Source of the DNA: Utricularia gibba
Taxonomy: Eukaryota > Plantae > Magnoliophyta
Reading direction: 5' to 3'
Length of the DNA: 64,000 nucleotides
Assembly (NCBI GenBank): GCA_002189035.1
Contig: NEEC01000021.1
Coordinates: forward strand, 1,488,001 to 1,552,000
Part shown: in pieces, positions 1 through 12,157 of the stretch
How the letters are laid out: each line of letters starts with the position of its first letter
How positions within the stretch are numbered: the stretch's first letter is position 1
Notes under the pieces: generated by a model
Told to the model about the DNA's origin: nothing
Databases searched by the model: none
What the model saw: the letters and a program-made list of their open reading frames with translations, nothing else
Translations under genes and position numbers: made by a program

Positions 1-725
1 GTACAAAAGTGCCTTCAAAATATTCACGTGCTGCAGCAACAAGCATGAAAACCAAGCCACAGACGATTTCACAAGAAACTGACATGGAGTTCAACCAGTG
101 GACACTTTTGGAGGATGGGCTAGTTTTGGACAGTCTTCACCCAAATCTGCTGCTGCTGGGGAAAGTGATCATGCTAATTTAAAGGCATCCCATTGGCTTA
201 AAGGGGCTGTGAGAGTGAGGAGAACAGATCTCACATACATCGGTGCCGTTGACAAAGATAGCTGATTCCCCCCACCCCTCTCTTCGATTTGGACTTCTCC
301 TGCAGCTCACCGTAAAATATTTCCGGCTCGCAGCAACATCTCAAGGAGATACAGAGGGGCGCTAGTGCTGCAGCAGCAGCAGCAGCCAAGGAGATGAATA
401 GAAGTTGACTTGTAAGTGATCTGCACTTCTGGTCCTCATTGCTAACCATATATTGGATTGTGCAACTAGAGAGCGTTTGTTGTATATATAGAAGATGATT
501 GTTGTTAGCTGTATCTGGAAGTGGGAATGGACACATCTGTAGCTAGCTCTGTTTGTTACAATTCATCCTCATTTATTATATGATTCATGAGTTCAGTTCT
601 TGCTTTGATCTGTTAAACAAAAAATTTGAGTAGAAATCGAACCAAATTATGCAAAAGCATTTCCCGTCCCTGTATTCAGCATCTTGGATATACAAAACTG
701 TGCAGAAGCAGCACTACATGGTGAG

Positions 726-2680
726 CTAGCCACTGATATGGCACTCCATTGTTCTGTCAGCAAGCAGCACATCCTCAATCCATGCAACAATGTTGAATGC
801 CATTCCTTCTAATACCCTTGAGTAGCTCTCAAGCACAGCCTGTCCTACATCCTGTAGACAAACAAACAGAAAAATAAGAAGCCATCCGAACGTCGAGCAT
901 CAACACAAATCGCTATGACTTGCCTTGTTATACTGGATCTTGCTAGTATCAAGTGTAGTTTGGGAAAGTTCAGGGTATCTTTGTCTCAGGTAGAAGAGCA
1001 GCGTTTCTGCTCTTTCTGCAAGCAAGTAGTTTTTGTGGCTTTTTCCCATTTCGGAGATAAAGCCTTTCATCATCTCCCATGATGATTTAGAATATGCCGT
1101 GCAGATTTTCCGGCGCCATATGTGCATAGATGCTTCAACCTTGTCAGCAAGTTCAAGAGCCTCATGTTCAGAGGCTAAGCTGAGAGAGTCTAGCAGGTAG
1201 TTTGGTGAAAATTTTTCTGCATGGCACATGTAGCGGTAGATGCCATCTCCAACACTTTCCCTTCCACTCTGTATTCACAACACGAAATACAAAGATTTCG
1301 CAGCATATTCGGAGGCGGTGACAGGTAAAAGATAAAGCAAGATCAAAGCTAGCATGATTTTGCTACCTTGGGAAGTGAAGCAATGAATGATTCTGGGATA
1401 TGCATTTCTGAGAGGATTTCATTGTTGATCGCCATTGCAGCTTTGTAAATCTGATTAGCACAGTTACGGTTTTGCTTCAAGAGCTTCTTGAATTTCTCAG
1501 ACAACCCTTTTTCAGGGATACATGGAACTGGCAGCCACCATTTTTCCTCTTTTCTAGGCGTCAATGGCTGAATCATTCTCCTAAATGATCCTGAAAGACA
1601 AGAGTTGGCTGAAATGCTTCCCTGTTCTGCATAACAAAGCTCTGACTCCTTAAAACTATCCAATATTTCCTGCAAAGGAAACCGAAAAACTCATCCACTG
1701 TCATCAGCTTCAAACAAGACCAGAAAGATGGATTTCTGCATTACCAGGAGCATTGCATCCAGTTTCTTCAGTGCTGGAAGGTTAACGTAAATGTCTGGTC
1801 TTGGCCTGCTTATCATCACCTCTATAGTCGTCCCATCTTCTAAAGACTGCAAAGTTGGTGCAAATTCTAGTATGTAGTCACAGACAGATAAGAGGCATCT
1901 CATCTCTCTTCTCCACATCAGTTTCTTTTCAGGATGCAGAGGCTCTAATCTCTGATGCTGCCCAAATACAGAAGCTGCATTCACCAAAAACACTTGCCAT
2001 TTCACTGCTAAATCATGAAAGAACATGGCTGCTGTGGAGGGAGCGTTTCAACACTGAAAGAAATGTACATACCATAGAGGTTGGTGATGGCATTTGATAT
2101 TGTCACAGCACTGCAAACTCCTAATCCACTTCCAGACATGTCTTCCCCCAGCAGTAGTTTTGAAAACCGCTCCTTCATCAGCTCCATTTCTGCAAACACT
2201 CAGTTTGGGTGCAGTTTTTTCATCAGTTGCAGAAGCATCCATGAATATAGCATATCAGATCAGAAGATGGGTAAAAACAGGAGCACATTATATCAAAACT
2301 TCCCAATAAAATACAAGTACGTTACAGTAACTAAACTGAGGAAGCGAGCTTTGAAGTGCAGGAACAGGATATTCACCTAAATCGGCAGTCTGTTGATCAA
2401 ATCCATGCTCATCCCACCGTATCCGAAGTTTAGAGAGAGCTCTCCGTGCGGGTGTCTTGAGTCCGCGCCAGCTAATGGGAGAATTCACATCAGAGTAGCT
2501 GTTATCATCTGATAAGGCAGATGCCCCAGAATTAGTCCTAAGGTATGCCATAGAATCTCCGCTCAGGCGCGAGCAACTCATCGTTTCTGTTGCAGAATTA
2601 TCAGTTTGATCCATTGAAGAGGGCCAAGATTGAAAGCCTCCCAATGCAAAGTTCTCATCAGAAGTACGCAGGCTATCCAT
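726..2680 (-). CDS. ROPGEF: Rop guanine nucleotide exchange factor (PRONE domain), RopGEF2/3/4-like; multi-exon
   Basis: Exons in ORFs 2288-2695, 2008-2199, 1691-2026, 1349-1675 and 900-1229 give [47 protein letters not shown] and [18 protein letters not shown]. The last exon reads [29 protein letters not shown], with TAG at 726-728. The start codon is uncertain and an upstream exon is possible. Confidence 0.93.
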
Positions 2681-3895
2681 TTCACAACACTCCACCTTAA
2701 TTCGTAGAAATCTGCCAAGTAAGAAGTTGAGCTTCTCTTCAAGATTTCTGTTACCATACGGAGAATCAAGAACCTGGAACAGGGGAAGGTTTCAAAATTG
2801 AATATTTGAATACAATGTAACCCGGGAACGTCTCATAAAGAACAAGATGATGCTGAAACAAATGTCTCTTTTCCATTTTCAAGAAAAAATAAGCGAAAAG
2901 ACGACTGTTCTACATATATATTTGAGAAAAAGAAAAAGGCAAAGCTGAACAGCTGAAGGATTTCAAAACGCCATAAAAGAAAACGCCGGTTACAACATCG
3001 GGGAAAACAACGGCATCTTTATCTTTTAACGGCGACAATATGGCGCATTCACCTTTTCACGGAAGCTCTGAAGTTCGCGTGCACTTCGAAGAAACCATCT
3101 TCACGAAGAAGCTCCTGATCACGAAAAATGTATCTTAAGTACAACACTTTTTCCACCCATTTCAGTAAAAACCTCTTCTTTATATCTCATTGCCACTCTT
3201 TCTGATTCGGAGGAAAGAAAATCAAGAACTTGGGATAGAAACATGATGTGGGTTTTTGTTGAAACACATGTTCAATGCTTGCTTTCAGTCATTATTGGGA
3301 AATCAAGGCGTTGATATGATGCTGTCCCTTGCCTCTTGTCTAAAGCAAAATAAGTGTTGTGAATTATGGCCTTGGCCAGTTGGAGCTAGAGGTAAGAGAG
3401 TAGACGAGATCTTGAGAAGATGCTGCTTAATCCAAGTAAAAAAAAAGGTCAACTTCACTTCATTTGATAATGTTGAAGAGGATGGTTAGGACAAACAAAG
3501 TTCAAGCTCCCAGATTAAAATTCTAAACAGCTATGGATTGCAGCCCAAGAGGATGGTTAGGATGGCAGCACGTCGTTGCAACGGTAAAAAATTGATTTTT
3601 ATATGAACCCATCATGCTTTCTTCTTCACTTCCAGTAGATTAGCATAGCCTTGGATTTGAATCGTCATCAATGAAATCTGAAGCTAATGCTTTAAAGTCA
3701 TTTATATGCAGAGACTAATTGCAGATGCTACAGCTGAAAAATATACATTAAAACAGACACGGACAAAAGCCCCGCTCAGAATTGAACTTCTCCGTGACCT
3801 GGGGGAACCCCTCTTCGGCAAAACTGACGGCGCGACGGTGAGTAATTTGTTCCCGAGGTGGGCAATTGGGCCGTCGGGGTATCGCCGGAGTTCTG

Positions 3896-4950
3896 ATGGA
3901 GGAGCCAAATGCGGTTTCCCGTAGTAGGAAGCGGCCCCATGAAGATTCCTCATCCCAGAATTCTACTTTCTACAAGATGCGGTCTACTGTCAGAGACCTT
4001 CGTCCCCATTTTATCGAGGTGCGATTGTTGCGCCCCCTCTGTTTCAACGTTTTTCGATGTTTTTTCCGTGCGCATGTTGCTATATCCAGGACGACTAGAC
4101 AATGTTTACCGCCGTGATGAACTGTAGGCATGGGAATCCAGCAAATCTCTGCCTTTCTGAGACTCCTTTACATTCTCTTGTTCTGCTGGATTTTACTCCT
4201 TTTTGTTATAATTGTTTTGAATTCTTCTGTCTTTTTCGTGTGTCTTCTTCGAGGTGTGAAGTGTGTTGCTTTAGTGGCTACTTAGGCTATACTGCTGTGC
4301 TTATATGCATAAAAAATGGCGCTCACTGTTGGTTTTTTGAATGTTTCAGTTGCTCAAGACTCCTGATTTTAGAAATTGCAAAGCTGCTAAGGATATCCTT
4401 GAAGGTTAGATTTTTCATGATCCATCATACATTTCTCCTTGTCAAATGAAGCTGTAAGACAGATTGGAACAATGTGCTTTATGATTACAAGATTGGATGT
4501 GTTGTCCTCCAATTTGGGTTGGGAACTCTAAGATAAAATCCCAGACTCCGGAGAAGTAGAACTCTATGATTACATTTTGGGATTGTTTCTGGGATATGTT
4601 TGGAGCACTAAATCCACAGTGCATTTAAATGATCGCATATCTATTCCGCAGGGATGAAGCTTTTGATGGAATTATGCAAGCAAGCAGCTGACCAAACGGT
4701 GGTGCTGAAGAAATGCAGTAATGCTGGCCTTGCCAACGGACAGGATTCTACCGGAAATCAACAAGATACAAAACCAGACATAAAGCCTCCCATTGATGAT
4801 GTATCCATGGTCACCCCTCATAATGAAGCGACACAGATTGTAGGTGGCTCAGCTTTTGGATGGAACTTCATCACTTTCAAGGGTAGTGACTCGGTGTACT
4901 ACGGTCGAACAAAAGATGCTTTTCGGGCCACAAAACCCAAGTCTGAGTAG
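3896..4950 (+). CDS. Small conserved plant protein of unknown function; 3 exons (3896-4018, 4350-4404, 4652-4950)
   Basis: GT-AG exons join in frame: MEEPNAVSRSRKRP...STFYKMRSTVRDLRPHFIE / LLKTPDFRNCKAAKDILEG / MKLLMELCKQ...FGWNFITFKGSDSVYYGRTK. Confidence 0.8.
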
Positions 4951-5302
4951 ACTTTGATCCAAAGTGCCCTTTGCTGCTTGGAACCATAGCTAGGAACCTT
5001 AACTCCCTGGAATTCTTCCATTTAACAGCAACTTGTTGACAGCTACAATTAACAAGTTGATGGTGGTTTTGTTGCCTTACACGAGGTGTTTGCTCGGCTT
5101 TTTCTTAGAATGAGTGCAATGAGCAAAAATAAACGGTTCTAAAATCTGTCCACTACAAAATGAAAACCCAGGAAAGAAGAGTAATCCAGCAAAGGTGAGC
5201 CATCTTTGATGAAAATGGAGCAATCGATTCTGTCCGAGAAGTTTTCAGCTTTCTTGTTCTCCAGAAGTCATCCTCATTCTTGCACTAATTATCATCATAG
5301 TC

Positions 5303-6420
5303 CTAGATATCATCGTAATCTCTAAACATGGTGGGGTAATAATCTTCAAGTTCAATGGCAGCAAAGTAATGCATTGCTTCTTCTCCATTCTTGAAAATGT
5401 CATACCAATCCTCATCCTCCTCATCTTCATCTTCATACCAGACGATGTCGCCTTCGTTATAATAATCATTGCACTGCGCACGATGAGTTTGAATCCTCAT
5501 AATCATCATTATAAATATCACTATCACGGTTATTCCTGTCAGCCAGTCCTGAGATTTTCATGTTTTGGAACTCCTCCATGAATTTTTGATCCAGTTCCGC
5601 CCAACAGCCGTTGACATACCACTACACAAGATGCTTGCTTTGCATTTTTTGATGATATACTTGACAACTTCACACCTGTTGAATCCACTGACAATCTCCA
5701 GATTCTTCAGATTTGGTAATGAGCCCATTGCCTTTGTTTCCATCCAATTTGAAGTATTCAAAATCATCAACTTCCTTCAGGTTCAAAGTGGTGATATACT
5801 TCACGTATTTCACAATAACCTGGAGAGCTGGAGCTTTTATATAGCATACACTGTTCTGCAATCAGCTCAGAGCTTTTATCACGAGCAACACCAGCGACCT
5901 TGAGCTTTTGCAATGATCGAGAACTTCTGGCAAGGCCTAGTTGTAGGATTTTTCGATTTGTTTCCGCTTCTGGGACTTGCAACCTTCCTCCATTTCTATC
6001 TGTTGCCAAACAGAAGCTTCCAGTACCACTTTTAGTCAGGGTTTTGGAACTGCTAGTACCACAGTGAGTGTCTCCTACTTCTGATTCCTCGATTTTCCCT
6101 GCCATGCTGTACTGTAATTTAAATTCAAATTCGGATTATCGAAAAAATCAGTATTCTTGCATAGATTTTGCATTAGGATCTTTGAAATCCATGTGGATGA
6201 AGATATGTGTCCGTGGTGATGGTAGCGTTATCTACATATCTTCAGGAAATGGGGCCCCAACACTGGATTCCCAGTGATGTCATTCTCACTAGACTCTTGG
6301 CTACTTTTGCACCTAAAAGTCCTTTTTTATTTGTGATTTGCATTCTTGCCCCTGCATATCATGAGAACCTGCTATAATCTTCCCTCACATGGTCAAGTAT
6401 TTGATCTAGAATGTTGCTGA
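5303..6420 (-). pseudogene. Decayed F-box/LRR gene, FBW2/SKIP19-like, with acidic tail
   Basis: Fragments in different frames, with stops: CYIKAPALQVIVKYVKYITTLNL, AMGSLPNLKNLEI..VVKYIIKKC, NGCWAELDQKFMEEFQNMKISG, then a D/E/W/Y-rich tail. These resemble, in order, the LRR region and C-terminus of FBW2-type proteins. The 5' limit is approximate. Confidence 0.5.
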
Positions 6421-7176
6421 AGAGGGGAGAATAGAAGACTTTCATGTGTGAAAGAGGTGCACCAGATTGTGGTACTGGTTGGAAATATTTGCAATCTGAG
6501 TTAGGTGCTGAATCAAGGACTAAAGCTTGAAATTAATGAAGTTTGAAGGCTTGGAGAACAATTATGTGGTGGCTTTTATAGGAAAAAATCTATTGGAGGT
6601 TCCCGAGTAACAGTGACTGAGAAGGAAAGAGACAAGTTCCCTTCCCAGCAAAACCAAGAAAACAGCAAGTGTTTTAGATAAGAATATTTCAAAGATATGG
6701 TGAGTTCAGCAGTTGTCTATCTTAACTGATACAACCTGCTCCATGGTCTCGATCTTTGATCCATGGTTCCTTCACTTATCTCTGTCTATCCATTTCAGTT
6801 TGGAAACACTTTCTGAGCTTACAATAATATTTTTGCATTATTAGCTCAAACACTGCTTTCATCTTCTGATTTTGCTTTGATCTGCTTGCTGTAATGAAGA
6901 GCAGATGTGTGTTGATCTTTTGATATCCTGTAAGAACTGTGATAGTTTTCTTTTGCAAGAGGCTTTTCAGGCGTAAGTTTCCCCTATGCAGCAACGGTTA
7001 CTCATCAAGCAGGATGCCATTTCCCCTTCTCTACGCTTCATAGGCTTTTGACTTGTTTTTCTGCTTGGGTTGAAATCTATTCCATTTGCACGCTGTATTC
7101 TTAGTTTTGTTTTCATTCTACATTGGGCTGTTTTTGTGTTTACAGTGACCTCAAAGCAAGTAAACTCAACGTTTGC

Positions 7177-8515
7177 ATGGATCAGAGGGATTCAACTATT
7201 CCTTTAAATGTTTCGGCTTCATATTACCTTCATCCCAGCACCTCTGAGTCCATCACAGGGTTGCAAAACCCACCTGGCATGAATCCATTATCGAATGCCC
7301 CTATGCATTTTTCCATGCCACCATTGCCCCTGGATGCTTCAACAACAATGCCTGGTCATACTGTGGCAGGTCCACCTTCAGGAATGCACCAAGGTGAGCC
7401 AGTGAGAAGGAAACGAGGAAGACCTCGAAAGTATGGACATGATGCGGGTGTTTCTTTGGCATTAAAACCTCCTGTATCTAACCTAATACCTGCTCAGAAA
7501 TGGAGAGGGAGGCCACCAGGGTCAGGCCGTAAGGAGCAACACTATGATCTAGGTAGCTTTTGCTGTGAACTCTGTCCTTGTTTTCTTATCAGGAGCCTTC
7601 TTCTTCTATCAAATCTCATTCATAATTGCTTGGAGAGCTATGTTTGTGAATGCTTTTAATCTGATAAATATTTGCTGTAAGTCAGGTGGATCCATGTTTA
7701 GTGGTGCAGGAACAATGACTCCACATATCATTAATGTGAATGCTGGAGAGGTGCGTGGAGAACACATTGTGTCTTTTTTGTTTCTTTGTCTAATCCTCCT
7801 TCCCACAGGACATCAAACGAAAAGTGCTGTCTATTTTGCATGGGCGAAAAGCAGTAGTACTCTTATCAGCATTTGGTTCTATCTCAGCTGCAAATATCAG
7901 AACATCAAGTTCTGCTGGGAGCATCACTTATGAGGTCTAAACAACAAATATACTAAAACAATTTCCAGTCTATATTCTTCTGTTTCCTTTTGTGGTATAC
8001 ATCAAAAAATCATCTACAAGAACAGCAGCCACTGAGAATGAGGATGGTTTGTTAATCCTTCTGTAGGGGCATTTCGACATTGTTAGCTTATCCGGATCAT
8101 ATGTTAATGATCTTCATGCCCCTCATGGAGCCATGACTGGTGGCTTGAACATTAGTTTCACCGGCCCTGATGGGCGTCTCATCGGTGGCTCTGTTGATGA
8201 AGCACTCATTGCTGCAACTCCTGTTCAGGTACCATGCATCAAATCCCTTTGCAGACCTTGCATTGTCTGTGTGTTTCTGTTTTTTTTTCTTTTCTTTTAG
8301 CTTTTACTGCCATGGAAACACTCACCACCATAAATTCCCAGGTAGTTTTGGGAATCTTGGTACCTTCCAATGCAAAGCCCAAGACTAGAGCTCCTGAATA
8401 CCAAGAAGCTTCAGGAGGGTATGATCGTCAACCTGGTAGTTCATTTACTCCAGCTAACGTGCAGCAGCCTTCTCATAATATGGCTTCCATGGGTGGTTGG
8501 CAGAGTCCCAGATGA
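7177..8515 (+). CDS. AHL: AT-hook motif nuclear-localised protein (two AT-hooks + PPC/DUF296), intron-containing clade B type (AHL9/11-like); 5 exons
   Basis: RKRGRPRKY and KWRGRPPGSG AT-hooks; PPC exons (MTPHIINVNAGE, GHFDIVSLSGS, VVLGILVP) bounded by GT-AG at about 7551/7686, 7750/7808, 7935/8067 and 8228/8342. Confidence 0.92.
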
Positions 8516-9002
8516 GGAACCTGGTGCACCCAAAATGTAACTTTCGGCTCGATTTTTCAATTATGTAACTTGCTGCTACAGCTAACACTGCTTTACAAAA
8601 CTGCTGTTCTTGCCAATAGAGATCATAACACTGTATGTTCACTGTTTGCTTAGTGTTGTTTCATTTCAAGTTTAATGAACACTTGGCAGTATGAAGTTGC
8701 TCATATAAACTGTACAACGATGGTTGGAAGCTTCATAACATATGGAAAAAAAAAAAAAAAAACAGAAGAAGAAGAAGAAAACCAGAAACGAAATCCATTG
8801 CAGAGGAATGTATCCAACAAGCCGAACATTTCAGATTCTAAGGTTGCTGCACGGTGGATATGTATAAATAACACAAGGGAGGAACAACAAGAACACATAC
8901 AACCAATACATCACGGCTTCGAGACATTCAAATGACACAACTTGCAAAAAAATGCAGAACTACACACCTTGTACATTCTCATTGATCCTGAACCAGAGTA
9001 AC

Positions 9003-12000
9003 TCATAGCATGCTATCATTCTTTGCAGGAAGTCGCCGAAAGAAATTGAGAGGTCCTGGAGGAAGCTTATGTCGGAATCTCGGATGCCGCATGGTGTAAA
9101 TACCAGCCACGAAAACCAGCAATTTAAATGGCAGATAGTAGATCAAAAAGGCAGCTAGTAAGCAGGCCAGCATGAATATAATAGTGGCACGCGGATCACG
9201 CCAGCTTAGAAGTGCTTGAAATCTTTCACCTTGGGAGGCTATATCTCCAATAATAGTCTGGAGTCGGCCGGCCACACTTCTTAGCCGATCATACCTCATT
9301 CGTACAAGATCATCAGTACGATTGGAAGGGAAAGGATCAAACTCCTCGTCTAGCTCATCAGGGTGAACTGAATCAGCACATGATAGCCTTATGTTCATGT
9401 GAGGTGGATACATTGGCCGAGAGCGATAGTTCCATGCTCCAATAAGGAACAGATAAAGGCAAAGCGTCGGGAGGATCAGTTCAGGTAAACTAATCAGCAT
9501 AACGAAGAGAACATGGACCAGAACAGTTGTCACAGTGTTCTTCCAGATGCAAACATCATTTAACCATCTCCCAGCAGCAAGCAGTCCACTGACAACTTGC
9601 AGCACCCTGAAAAAGTTAGCCTTACTACGCCTCATGCTCCAGATATGTGAGTCGGCATCGGTCATATATTCTATCACTTCTCTTCTGAGAGGGGGTTCTG
9701 CACGGCTTAGACGAGCAGCCACTATATTTACAGCTTGGTGACGAAGCATTTCGAGCTGGGGTATTGAAAGTGGCATCTTGTAGTGCATTTTGGGTAACAG
9801 AGGTTTTGTATAGAGGTGCATCATGTTAGCTAGCGACGTGCAGGAAAACCGAATCGCCAAATGCACTTCCCCCATCTTTTTTACACCAGAATGATGCAGT
9901 ACCAGCAAAGGGTATGAATGAGTGTAAACTCTTCCTGTCTCAAGAGTTGATATTCGAATGCGAACTTTTCCAATCTTCTGGTCCCTCTGGCCATTTGAGC
10001 CCTTTTCACTGATTTCTCCATTATCAAAAACACCAACAGTTAACACAGTAGATGGATCATAAACTTCCCAAGTGTACTGCTCATTGTACTTTGGATTGAG
10101 GTTGTCAGTAATTGTTCTTGTCCTAACCCATTTGTGCCCATATTTTGCAACACAGAAAGTATCCGATGTACCCCTGCCATTTTTTGTCTTCATTGGAGTA
10201 AGAGCATCAGCATTCAATATACCGAGTTCAAGAACACCAATAGGAGGCTTCCATAGTTGTTTTGCGGATGGCCTGAGATCACTGCTGTAATGTGTGGATT
10301 CATCAAGGACATGATAGCCACCTTCAAGGCAGACACGAAGATGAATCCTGCTTGCAAATTTATGATTCTTTGGCTCCTCCACATCTGTTGAACTAGGTTT
10401 CTGAAGGTTAAACCATCGAGGTTGAATCAATCTATCATCAAGCCGCCTTTCAACCATCGTCAAAGGTATGAAAACTTTACCAAGATTCTCATCTTTTTTT
10501 GGAGCCACATGATCCTCAACCAGGAGTATGAGATGATCCTCAAAAGGTTCAGCAGTAACAAACATGAATTCCTCGTTCCAGGTAACATTTGAGCTCTGAG
10601 CCATTACTGGTCTTGTCTTCAGACTTTGGCTGCCAATCTGTATCTTAACAAGAACGCTGGGAACACGATTCCTTTCATAAACAACCAAGTCTTGAACCTC
10701 AATCACATTAACACGTACGTACCACAGCCTTGGAGCATGGTAGACTTTGGAACGGATAAGTGCTGAAGGGTTTGAAGTATCATCGAAACCAGATGCATCT
10801 GTATGCAAAGCATCAGCAAATGCCTCATCAGCTTGAGTGCCAACCCAGACAGCAAGCATCAGTTCACCTTTCCTTTTTTCACCCTTCTTGTCCTCAAGTC
10901 TATACCACTCTGGAGCCAATGGACTGTCCGGTGGAACACGCGTAGGGATATCATGTAGATCAAATCTGACATGCCCCACAAAATCATTTTTGGCCATATC
11001 CTTGTCTTTAACCACAACTTCAAGAACAGATGACTGAAGTCTGTCTCGGGAAAAAGTAAACACAGTGTTCCACTCAGGGTTGTGGTTCTTCTCATAGTGC
11101 TTAGTGACTCCTCTGTAGTTTCCAAGCCTTACTTCCACAAAAGGATCAACACCCCCAGTAAGATCCTTGTGAGGAAGATCACGAGCTTTTACAACTCGAA
11201 CAAAGAGAAAATGCATCGGTTCGACGAGATCATAGATGCTAGATCTGTTCTCAGTGCGCCTAACCCGTCCTCCAACAACCTGTCCACCTCCAAGAAACGG
11301 GTTTGTTTCCTTGAGTGAAAATTCAGCAGGATGAGGTGAAGGGCGAGGGTACATCATATGTCCTACTTGTGGTGGTAAAGGTTGTGGTCTCATCTCACCG
11401 ACCCCAAATGCGACTGCCTGCTGAGGAGGTGGAGTAGATGGTTCATTCTGACTTTTTGGGTGAGCTATATCATACAAAGTTTGCCTCAATCCCTTTTTCA
11501 CCTTGGGGACTCCTCCACCACTGAATCTTCGACCCTAGGTGGCAATTCGCTTTGGCTGGTGTGAAGACTGGCATACGTAGATGTGGAAATCATCTCAGGA
11601 ACAGGAGTGGAAAACCTTATAGACGGATCATCAGTTAAGTACACTTTCAGAGCAAGCTCTCCCTTTGCCTTTGAGAACATACGCCCTTTTTCCAAGGGAT
11701 AATCGAACACAACGGCATTAGAGAAAGGGACAAATGAGGTACCATTTATTCGAACTTTTCCAAGGGAAGATCTAGACTCGGTGCTCTTGTTGAAGCTATA
11801 TACATGTGCCTCCAGAGTGAGATCCTGGACATTACTTGGATTTGATATGTTGAAGTAGAAGGTTTCATTCCAGTAAGGATCGAGATCCTTCTCTTTTATT
11901 GTGGTTCGAAATGTCTGGTCATCAAAGTTAAGTTCAACGAAAGCATTGGATGCGCCCTGGCCATCTTTGGCTACAAGATTGTGAGCTCTCACAACTTCCA

Positions 12001-12022
12001 CTGCCAGCTTGAGATTGCTCAT
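9003..12022 (-). CDS. MCTP: Multiple C2 domain and transmembrane region protein (four C2 domains + PRT_C), intronless, with one apparent frameshift at ~11505
   Basis: ORF 11498-12022 (N-terminal C2) overlaps ORF 9003-11501 (three C2 domains, DELDEEFD, RYDRLRSVAGRLQT, SWRDPRAT). One extra base in the 4-nt run at 11505-11508 fuses them into a ~1005-aa protein. Confidence 0.95.
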
Positions 12023-12089
12023 TGCCTATCTAGACTGCATATAACGCGGTGCCTGCTCTGAAAGTTGAGAAAGCCAACAATAAATTATC

Positions 12090-12157
12090 CTTAAAGATCA
12101 AGAGAACGACATGATACAAGGATCTTAAAGATCAAGAGAACGACATGATACGAGGTT
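12090..12157. repeat. 34-bp tandem duplication upstream of the MCTP start codon
   Basis: cttaaagatcaagagaacgacatgatacaaggat followed directly by cttaaagatcaagagaacgacatgatacgaggtt. Confidence 0.9.
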
